Origin: a virus
Reading direction: 5' to 3' (one strand)
DNA length: 40,095 nt
Virus record (IMG/VR): IMGVR_UViG_3300029868_000012
Shown: positions 33,303 through 39,686 of the stretch, piece after piece
Layout: the number at the start of each line of letters is the position of its first letter
Position numbering within the stretch: the first letter of the stretch is position 1
Notes under the pieces: model-generated
Databases searched by the model: none
The model's input: the letters and a program-made list of their open reading frames with translations, nothing else
Told to the model about the DNA's origin: nothing
Program-made: the position numbers and the translations under genes

Positions 33303-34082
33303 TTAAGCCAGCCCCTCATCCGCATTGTAAATATCAAAATCGGCCTGTATTTTCTTCACCCGCTCAAGCCTAGCCTTTTCCGTTTCTTCTTCGGTCAAGT
33401 TGGAAGGCTCCGAAGTTTGCTGAAATGCTGTATTGATTCTTTTCGAAATAATCCCTATCTGCTGCCTTTGGTCTGTCAATGTCATCTTCTGTTTCGGTTC
33501 CGGCAGCCCTGGCAGATATTGACTCGATTGTTTTCCTAGCTCTTGCGATAGCAGCATCACTGTATTCTTTGCTCTTGCTTCGGTCAGTCTTCCACATTGC
33601 ATAGCTTCCAAAGTGCGTTGTATTTTTGTTTCTTTTTGTTCTTCGCGTGTACCAGTCGTGCTGACTGAGTAAAACCAATGGGCTGGCTTCTGGTTCATCT
33701 TGGCGCTGGCGATAATTTGCTTGTAGGCTTCGATAAACGGCATCCTGGCCATTTTGTCGAGTGGATCAATACCGTTGCCAGCCTGCATAATCTCATCGGT
33801 TACATAGCCGCTATCGGCTTCTGTTCTCGGATAGAGTGACCAGGCTATTTCTGGTGTGGCGTGCCCTAACATGTCAGGCAAGAATTCCAGAATCTTAGCA
33901 GGCTCTAGCATAAAGCTAGGTGCCATAATTGCTTGATCGATTGCCGCCTTGATGTGGTCTAGCTCATATGGCTGAAGTAGCCGGCACCACAATTTGAAAG
34001 CGCCGGCGGATAATGCCTTTCCTTTAACCTCTAAAGCATCCTTAAGTGCTAGGTAAAATTCCTTGTGATCACTATCCTGCAT
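33303..34082 (-). CDS. Hypothetical protein; possible replication/helicase-loader role (position only)
   Basis: 259 aa. Lies downstream of the RHH-like protein. No motif that I can name with confidence. Confidence 0.3.
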   Translation of the reverse strand: MQDSDHKEFYLALKDALEVKGKALSAGAFKLWCRLLQPYELDHIKAAIDQAIMAPSFMLEPAKILEFLPDMLGHATPEIAWSLYPRTEADSGYVTDEIMQAGNGIDPLDKMARMPFIEAYKQIIASAKMNQKPAHWFYSVSTTGTREEQKETKIQRTLEAMQCGRLTEARAKNTVMLLSQELGKQSSQYLPGLPEPKQKMTLTDQRQQIGIISKRINTAFQQTSEPSNLTEEETEKARLERVKKIQADFDIYNADEGLA

Positions 34083-34581
34083 GACATTCGCCCTCTATTG
34101 CGCCCTGATCGTTACCAAACAGTGAATCAAATGTTGAATCATTCTGCTGCTCAATAAATGACTTGGTGTTTTTTAACTTCTCAGGGTAAAGCCCTGGCCA
34201 ACCAGCTTGCACGCTATTATCAACCGTTACTTGCTGCTGATCGTGTGTAAGCTTTAGCAGAATGTTAGCTGATTTAGTTTTAGCCAAGTCAGTCCAAGCG
34301 GATTTGTGCTTCCTTCTGTGCTGGTCGAATTCCGCCCATGCTTTACAATTTAAGCCGGCCGGAACTACCCATTGTCTAGATACGGCCGGCATTGTTGTTT
34401 GTTGCTTCTTAGCCGGCTTAACCTTCCCCATGTGCTGATTAATAAACCGTGATAACCATATGCCTGGCGTTCGATCATCCTTCAATGCCTGCTCATTGAC
34501 CCATGCAATAACGTCTAGATCCATTCTTAAATTAAATTGTTTTGTTTTCAATGCCTGCTCTCCTGTGTTGCTTATCATCAT
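34072..34581 (-). CDS. Hypothetical DNA-binding protein; possible ribbon-helix-helix N-terminus, possible replication initiator
   Basis: FNLRMDLDVIAWVNEQA is RHH-like. The tracked start at 34599 is TTG, so ATG 34581 is used. Confidence 0.3.
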   Translation of the reverse strand: MMISNTGEQALKTKQFNLRMDLDVIAWVNEQALKDDRTPGIWLSRFINQHMGKVKPAKKQQTTMPAVSRQWVVPAGLNCKAWAEFDQHRRKHKSAWTDLAKTKSANILLKLTHDQQQVTVDNSVQAGWPGLYPEKLKNTKSFIEQQNDSTFDSLFGNDQGAIEGECHAG

Positions 34582-34626
34582 AGTGCAATCTGTTAACAAG
34601 TGCTAGCACCATAGTTAAATAAAAAG

Positions 34627-34926
34627 TTAACTCTTTTTGAGCTTGTTAATCTGCTCTACCATCAATAAATAATCAGGCTCGGCTTTAATTGCTAGCGTTG
34701 GCTCGATGCTTAGTAACTGCTTATGAGGGCAGGCAACTAGCGTTCTATTTTTGTCGAATAGAAACACCTTTCTTGATCGACCGCTTAGAACTGGACCAGC
34801 AAGGCATCCTTGCACGTCATAGCCCGATTGCTCGGTAGGCAATAGTAATCCCCTATCACCCTCCTTTGCCCTCTTAGCTGGCTTGTGCGCTTCCGCTGCG
34901 TATGACTCGCTGTTGTATTTATTCAT
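34627..34926 (-). CDS. Hypothetical protein
   Basis: 99-aa ORF, overlaps the upstream gene by 8 nt. Confidence 0.45.
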   Translation of the reverse strand: MNKYNSESYAAEAHKPAKRAKEGDRGLLLPTEQSGYDVQGCLAGPVLSGRSRKVFLFDKNRTLVACPHKQLLSIEPTLAIKAEPDYLLMVEQINKLKKS

Positions 34927-35134
34927 CTCTAAAGCTCCATTTTAGGTTATCAGCCCCTATCACCCTGCCCTTTGTCTCGATAATATCACCATGATTCAAT
35001 GGATAAGTTTTTCCCACTTCCATTTTTACGCCGTTTAATGTTTCCCCTTCATCTCTGAGTAAGGATATGTGCTGCGTATCTGCGCCTGTGTACGTTATTT
35101 TGCCGGTTAACGGTGTGAACTTTTGATCATCCAT
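34919..35134 (-). CDS. Hypothetical protein
   Basis: 71-aa ORF. Confidence 0.45.
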   Translation of the reverse strand: MDDQKFTPLTGKITYTGADTQHISLLRDEGETLNGVKMEVGKTYPLNHGDIIETKGRVIGADNLKWSFRDE

Positions 35135-35275
35135 CTATTCCACCTTAATAATTTTAATTCTTGCGAAGCTCTCACACTTGCCCATCGTCGGCTTCTTCTG
35201 GTCTATGTTTTTACCGTTGAATCGATCCTGTGCGCAGTATGTGACTTTGTTGTGCTTGCATCGGTTACAGATCAT
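35135..35275 (-). CDS. Small Cys-rich protein (46 aa, below the track cutoff)
   Basis: Translated by hand: MICNRCKHNKVTYCAQDRFNGKNIDQKKPTMGKCESFARIKIIKVE. Its stop abuts the next ATG. Confidence 0.35.
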   Translation of the reverse strand: MICNRCKHNKVTYCAQDRFNGKNIDQKKPTMGKCESFARIKIIKVE

Positions 35276-35316
35276 TAGCTTATCCCCTCTGGTTATCAGA
35301 TAAGCGTAGTTGATGA

Positions 35317-35502
35317 TTAGGATTTGGCTAAATTAGATAAGCTAGTCATCATTTGGCTCTGCACATCCATTAAAGACCTTTCTGCCACTAAAACTCGATA
35401 GCTCAACACTTCCGGAGTGAATGGTATCCAGTGTTCAGACTGCTTAGGTGCCACACTGTTATAGTGCAGAATCCCATCAATTAACTTTTCTTCGTAGTAC
35501 AT
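35317..35502 (-). CDS. Hypothetical protein
   Basis: 61-aa ORF. Confidence 0.4.
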   Translation of the reverse strand: MYYEEKLIDGILHYNSVAPKQSEHWIPFTPEVLSYRVLVAERSLMDVQSQMMTSLSNLAKS

Positions 35503-35536
35503 GTGTAATCACCCTGTAGAGTTTTGTTAAATTATG

Positions 35537-35758
35537 TTACTTAATCTTATATTGATCGAGAACACCTTGAGCCGAATTAGCGCAGGTTCTCAATGAAGCC
35601 TTAAGGTCGAGGTTTTCCATTCTCAAGTTATCGTACCCAGCGATCATATCGTTTAATATCTTCAGCGTTTCTTCTCGGTCATAGGCGGCAATGAAATTAT
35701 CAACACTGCTATGCCGGTATTGCCTTAACGCTGGTTCTAGCTTCTTTTCAAATGTCAT
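35537..35758 (-). CDS. Hypothetical protein
   Basis: 73-aa ORF. Confidence 0.4.
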   Translation of the reverse strand: MTFEKKLEPALRQYRHSSVDNFIAAYDREETLKILNDMIAGYDNLRMENLDLKASLRTCANSAQGVLDQYKIK

Positions 35759-35789
35759 TCTTATCGCCTATAGTTGGGGTGGGGGTTAA

Positions 35790-36017
35790 TTAAACGTAAT
35801 CGACACTGATACCGATAGCCTCAAGCAATGGCACGATACCAGGCATAGAACCCACTGATTTATCGAATGCCACCCAGCCGCAATCATCATCCCCTTTGAC
35901 TTGCACCCATGTTTCATCGTTATCAAGCACCACTTCCAGCAATGGCTTGACGTCTATGATAAATTGCCACTTCTGCTTATCTGTTTTAAGGTCTTTAAGC
36001 TTGTCTAATAATTCCAT
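35790..36017 (-). CDS. Hypothetical acidic protein
   Basis: The second ATG (36017) has GGAG 6 nt upstream; the first ATG (36029) has no RBS. Confidence 0.45.
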   Translation of the reverse strand: MELLDKLKDLKTDKQKWQFIIDVKPLLEVVLDNDETWVQVKGDDDCGWVAFDKSVGSMPGIVPLLEAIGISVDYV

Positions 36018-36066
36018 AATGTTCTCCATGTTGTTAATTTAAGTTATAGCTATCACTAGAAGAGGG

Positions 36067-36396
36067 TTAAGCCCTTGCTTCTAAGCTCTTTTTGATAGGA
36101 TCCTTAGCCATCTTTAGCCCTGCCTCTATAAACGCCTTCCAGCTACCATAGATTAGGAACCATTCACCCTCTAGCCTTCTATGCTTCTTGGATCCAAGCC
36201 TATGCAAGCACCTTTCTACTATCTCGGCCTCCCTCTTTGTTTCGACCTCAATTGTCTTACATAGCTTTAGCTTTACTGGGCTTCCTGTTTGAAGGTTTTT
36301 AAGCCTCGCTTCTGGATCCAGTGAGTAGCCAATCTTTACAGGTTGGATCCCTTTTCTGCCTTTCTGCTTTTGCTGTATAAAATATACCTTGTACAT
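36067..36396 (-). CDS. T5orf172 / MUG113-type (GIY-YIG superfamily) protein
   Basis: 109 aa. YKVYFI.....VKIGYSLDPEARLKNLQTGSPVKLKL......EAE..E..LH.......EGEWF. GGAGGA RBS. Confidence 0.6.
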   Translation of the reverse strand: MYKVYFIQQKQKGRKGIQPVKIGYSLDPEARLKNLQTGSPVKLKLCKTIEVETKREAEIVERCLHRLGSKKHRRLEGEWFLIYGSWKAFIEAGLKMAKDPIKKSLEARA

Positions 36397-36423
36397 TGCT
36401 TTCCTCCGGTTATAAGAACCCTA

Positions 36424-36489
36424 CTATCCACACCTTGGACTAATCATACTGCTAGTCTCTACAGGCTTTATTGAATAGGTTGATCCACA
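36424..36489 (+). promoter_or_regulatory. Two direct DnaA-box-like sites
   Basis: CTATCCACA (36424..36432) and TGATCCACA (36481..36489) each match TTATCCACA at 8/9 positions. They share the 10-mer ATCCACACCT. A third 7/9 match in reverse orientation lies at 36501..36509. Confidence 0.4.
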
Positions 36490-37047
36490 CCTCCCAATTA
36501 AGGGGATAATCACCAGAAACTTTCATTTCCAATCAGTAATTACCTGGAACCTATAAATAGGCCCGAATTAAGTGCCCTAGTTGACAAGGGTTAGGTCATT
36601 GCTAGGCGTTGGGCTTTTCGATTGTTTTAAATCTGCATTGAATAGAGTGCTGGTTAGCTTGTCAGGAGACTTTTACGGGGCTGAGTATGCGCTAACAATA
36701 CGTCCCACCTGACCAACAGCAGAAGGCGGGTTTTCAGGCCGTTATCCTTCCGTTACTCTAATCAATGCAGACTTTCCGGTTGAGAAAGCAGCATAACCAT
36801 TCCGGTTAAGAGCGTATATGAAGGGACACTTTGAGGTTTGAACCAATTCAAGCTAGCAACTATCGCACGGTTTCACCGCTAGCTAATGGGAGTCGAACCC
36901 TGAACACTGTGCTGTGTCCGTAACCTCTAGCCTTCTAAATCCGTCAATCAGCCCGCCGTCGCCGTTTGATTGCTTCATTGTCGAGCTATTAAGTGCCACC
37001 ACATATACGCTCTCTAGAAATCATTTCTGAAATCTATAACCGATGAT

Positions 37048-37077
37048 TTGCTATAAACGGGATGAATACACTATAAT
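37048..37077 (+). promoter_or_regulatory. Sigma-70-like promoter on the strand opposite the early genes
   Basis: TTGCTA (37048..37053), 18-nt spacer, TATAAT (37072..37077). Confidence 0.4.
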
Positions 37078-37083
37078 GAGGAC

Positions 37084-37199
37084 ATAGCCGAAGCGGTTTT
37101 GAATTGTGCTCATCATATTTTATTCAAACCGTGTCCTGCAAAGACATCGGCTTTAGTTATTTATACTAGACTAGGGTGGCCACTGTGTCACCCTTTTTT
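37084..37199 (+). ncRNA. Candidate small RNA of about 115 nt (promoter to terminator), antisense to the last 12 nt of gene 37188..37598
   Basis: Bounded by promoter 37048..37077 and terminator 37173..37199. Contains a 10-bp hairpin at 37094..37131 (CGGTTT(T)GAAT / ATTCAAACCG). No ORF. Confidence 0.35.
37173..37199 (+). terminator. Rho-independent terminator, plus-strand orientation
   Basis: AGGGTGGC-cactgt-GTGTCACCCT: 8 bp including one G-U, GC-rich, followed by a T-run through 37199. The reverse orientation lacks a U-tract. Confidence 0.6.
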
Positions 37200-37598
37200 A
37201 GTTAGCTCTCTATGATTTATCTCGCCATGAAGATAAACCCTAACCCAATGATTGCAGCTTGAAACGCAATGTGACTCGCCATTCTCATCGATCAATCTAC
37301 CCATGTTATTCCATGCGTGAACGTACCGGCCACGGACAATATTATAAACAGCATTAACGCTATCTTTGCTAAGCTTATAATTCGTCAGCATGTAGTCAAC
37401 AGTAGCGCCGTAAGGCGGATTACCAAACCCATTAGGCCCAGGGCCATGCTGACAGGTTTCTGTTGCACCTAACTCGCCGTTCTCGATCCAATCTTTATAC
37501 GTTCTGTCCATGCATCCCCAAAATGACCGTATGCTTTCCATCTCATGGCCAGGAATCCAGCCGTCAAATATATAATCACCAAATGTATTATCACTCAT
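37188..37598 (-). CDS. Hypothetical protein
   Basis: 136-aa ORF, ATGA-coupled upstream. Confidence 0.5.
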   Translation of the reverse strand: MSDNTFGDYIFDGWIPGHEMESIRSFWGCMDRTYKDWIENGELGATETCQHGPGPNGFGNPPYGATVDYMLTNYKLSKDSVNAVYNIVRGRYVHAWNNMGRLIDENGESHCVSSCNHWVRVYLHGEINHRELTKKG

Positions 37599-37840
37599 TT
37601 CTTTTTCTCCATAACAAGCATTATTCCAGTGGCTACATCTTCGTGAGAAGTTACAATACCTTCCATAAGAGCCGCGCCCATCCTGATCATGTAGCGCCTA
37701 ATCGATCTAACAGCTATCCACGTTATAACTATCTGCGTGCATATTATAAGCACTACAAAGCCTAGGATTTCTCCCGTGGTAAATGCATCTACATAAGGGG
37801 TGGCGGATAGGGAGCTGATTGGGTTGGTTACTGGTGTCAT
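37595..37840 (-). CDS. Small membrane protein
   Basis: 81 aa with a central hydrophobic helix. TAATG coupling. Confidence 0.5.
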   Translation of the reverse strand: MTPVTNPISSLSATPYVDAFTTGEILGFVVLIICTQIVITWIAVRSIRRYMIRMGAALMEGIVTSHEDVATGIMLVMEKKK

Positions 37841-38229
37841 TATTTAACCTCCAGATAAGGTTGGTTATTAACAAGATCATCTAGTTCAGCCATCCATTCC
37901 CTTGGAACCACTTCACCACGCGCCGCATATCTAATGATGGCTCCACCTATATCGGCTATTCTCTGCTCTTCAAATAGCTTTCTAGGCATAAGCCCTAGAG
38001 CTGGCCTTGCGTCCTGCTTAACTTCTTCTAATGGCCTAAAGTTGTAGTAAACCGCTTCCATTTCCTCAACAGTCGTTTTTGTCCCTGAACTAATGAGAAC
38101 GCCATTAAACTTGAACTCTACTGGCAGCCCTGTTTTAGCTGTAATCCCAGCCACTTCCACGCAAACACTCCGAATATTCATACCGACATGCACGTCTAAC
38201 GTTATTTTAATAAAGTTTGACTCCATCAT
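37840..38229 (-). CDS. Hypothetical protein
   Basis: 129-aa coupled ORF. Confidence 0.5.
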   Translation of the reverse strand: MMESNFIKITLDVHVGMNIRSVCVEVAGITAKTGLPVEFKFNGVLISSGTKTTVEEMEAVYYNFRPLEEVKQDARPALGLMPRKLFEEQRIADIGGAIIRYAARGEVVPREWMAELDDLVNNQPYLEVK

Positions 38230-38423
38230 TTATTCCTCTGCTCTGGGGTTATGTCGAATACTGTGATTAGGTGGTTTACTATTTGTTCTGCGCCTTCTTT
38301 GTTCCAATATAGGTGGATGTCATCAGCAACCCATTGATGGCTAATTTCAACCTCTAGCTCATCACCTAATAATTCATCGCTAATTTCCATAGATGCACGA
38401 TAACTTGCTATTTCCAATGCCAT
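38226..38423 (-). CDS. Hypothetical acidic protein
   Basis: 65-aa coupled ORF. Confidence 0.45.
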   Translation of the reverse strand: MALEIASYRASMEISDELLGDELEVEISHQWVADDIHLYWNKEGAEQIVNHLITVFDITPEQRNK

Positions 38424-38648
38424 TCACATCTGCCTCGGTGTCATTGATAGCTTGGTTAGCGTTTCATCTAGGTCTTGTTTGAAAGCAGAATTAGACCAAG
38501 ACTCATCTGGATTTTCTATTTTTCTATAGTTGCAGTCATAATGGCCGCGCGCATAACCTTGCTCGAAAGCGATCTTAAACAGCATTTCCAGCACATCGCT
38601 TCTGGCTACCAGCTTCTCGAATTGCTCCAGTGTTTTCTTGTTATCCAT
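38424..38648 (-). CDS. Hypothetical protein
   Basis: Start at MDNKKTLEQF (ATG 38648), with AAGGA upstream and an ATGGATAA overlap with the upstream stop. Confidence 0.45.
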   Translation of the reverse strand: MDNKKTLEQFEKLVARSDVLEMLFKIAFEQGYARGHYDCNYRKIENPDESWSNSAFKQDLDETLTKLSMTPRQM

Positions 38649-38919
38649 TGTCTTTATCCTTATGTGTTGATTCATCCAGCAAATGATCAAGGTCAAAGGC
38701 TGTTATTACGTCTGCTGCTGCCTCCATTATGTACAGTGGGCAATTCTTAGTTTGCGAAAGCCTTAATGCAGCTCCAAGCAATTCAGCGTTAGCCCTGTCT
38801 CTGGTGTCCTTCTTTTTTTGCTCTTCAGCAAATGAGTTCCCCAAGCCCATAAGGCCTGATCTTGTAGCGCCGCTGCCAAGCGTGCCTATATGCGCCTTAC
38901 CTTCAAATAGCCTATCCAT
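38641..38919 (-). CDS. Hypothetical protein
   Basis: 92 aa, TAATG-coupled to the Cro-like gene. Confidence 0.45.
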   Translation of the reverse strand: MDRLFEGKAHIGTLGSGATRSGLMGLGNSFAEEQKKKDTRDRANAELLGAALRLSQTKNCPLYIMEAAADVITAFDLDHLLDESTHKDKDNG

Positions 38920-39101
38920 TACTTATCCGCCTCTATTGCCTTGTTGTGTTTAGCAGGCTCTAAGTACACCTGTCCGTTTTGCCACATTGCATCTCTTCTA
39001 AGCCATCGCTGTACTTGCTGCCTTGACTCTTCATAAGCTTCTGCAAAATGACTGATATTGCCGCCATAACTTTTATCTATATGATCTCTCAATAACTTCA
39101 T
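38919..39101 (-). CDS. Cro/YdaS-like helix-turn-helix regulator (first gene of the leftward early operon)
   Basis: 60 aa. ...GGNISHFAEAYEESRQQVQRWLRR. GGGGA RBS. Faces the divergent control region. Confidence 0.5.
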   Translation of the reverse strand: MKLLRDHIDKSYGGNISHFAEAYEESRQQVQRWLRRDAMWQNGQVYLEPAKHNKAIEADK

Positions 39102-39127
39102 GCTATCCCCGTTGGTTTGTTTCAGTA

Positions 39128-39156
39128 ATAGTAGTTTAAACTTATTTCCATGTAAA
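39128..39156 (-). promoter_or_regulatory. Sigma-70-like early promoter for the leftward operon
   Basis: Minus strand reads TTTACA (39156..39151), 17-nt spacer, TACTAT (39133..39128). About 27 nt upstream of ATG 39101. Confidence 0.4.
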
Positions 39157-39251
39157 GCAAATTTGATGCATTAAAATAAACAAAAAGGTTGCACCGATTA
39201 TAATCATGCTCTAAGCTTCAGTTATCGAATCAAGCAACGGGGATAAGAACG

Positions 39252-39686
39252 ATGAGAATGAATCAAAAAGCAGCGCTATCAATATTGGCAATCGTGGCGC
39301 TGTTGTGTGTCAGTCTTTGGCATGAGGCAATATCTTTTCGAGTATCCGAAGAAGGTTATTACAAAGGAACCGTGATAGATAAAACAGTTTCAGTCGGCAG
39401 AAGCTCAACGCACTACCTATACATAGATTGGGATGGAATCGGCCCGAGAAGCATTAGCGTTCACCCTGTGACATATAAAAGAACAGCTATTGGCGAAAGG
39501 TTTTCAGCACAATATGGCTATATACCTATCTTTGGTGCGGCTGGGTCTGCATACGTGCCAGATACTGACGAGTACAGCGCTACGTTCGCTAGTGCAGGAT
39601 TCATTTCCAAGCTGATACTTATCGGATGCTCTCTGTATTTCTTCTGTATGAATGTTGGCCGATTTACTAACAAGGATAGCGAATAG
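39252..39686 (+). CDS. Membrane-anchored protein (N-terminal signal/anchor plus C-terminal TM); first gene of the rightward operon
   Basis: 144 aa. MRMNQKAALSILAIVALLCVSLW... and ...ISKLILIGCSLYFFCM. GGGGA RBS. Confidence 0.5.
   Translation: MRMNQKAALSILAIVALLCVSLWHEAISFRVSEEGYYKGTVIDKTVSVGRSSTHYLYIDWDGIGPRSISVHPVTYKRTAIGERFSAQYGYIPIFGAAGSAYVPDTDEYSATFASAGFISKLILIGCSLYFFCMNVGRFTNKDSE

Larger units (their letters stand above)
36397..37187. other. ORF-free island: candidate replication origin and/or structured non-coding RNA locus
   Basis: No ORF of 60 aa or more in any frame. By hand I found only ORFs of 31 codons or fewer, without an RBS. Contains DnaA-box matches, long-range complementarity, repeats, and plus-strand promoter/terminator signals. 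Confidence 0.5.

Noticed and set aside
36767-36899. Group I intron core on the plus strand: GCAGACT (36767..36773) and GAGTCGAACC (36890..36899) resemble the R and S elements forming P7 with a bulged A, a candidate P8 hairpin (AGCTAGC/GCTAGCT) lies just before S, and a GIY-YIG-superfamily gene is adjacent
   Set aside because: There is no plus-strand host gene or tRNA exon on either side. Both flanking minus-strand ORFs are complete with their own stops and starts. The R-S spacing (about 120 nt) is long. The R-like bases are also used by the much stronger 10-bp long-range helix. I could not find convincing P3/P4/P6 partners. A covariance-model scan would settle it.
36860-36960. Possible tRNA, tmRNA fragment or attP-type tRNA 3' remnant on the minus strand, because of GGGTTCGACTCCC (a T-loop-like TTCGACT flanked by GGG/CCC)
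   Set aside because: Only 3 bp of T-stem can form (the next positions are A-A and C-T). I could not build an acceptor stem, D-arm or anticodon arm around it, there is no CCA-type end, and the genome has no integrase. I keep it only as a motif inside the ORF-free island.
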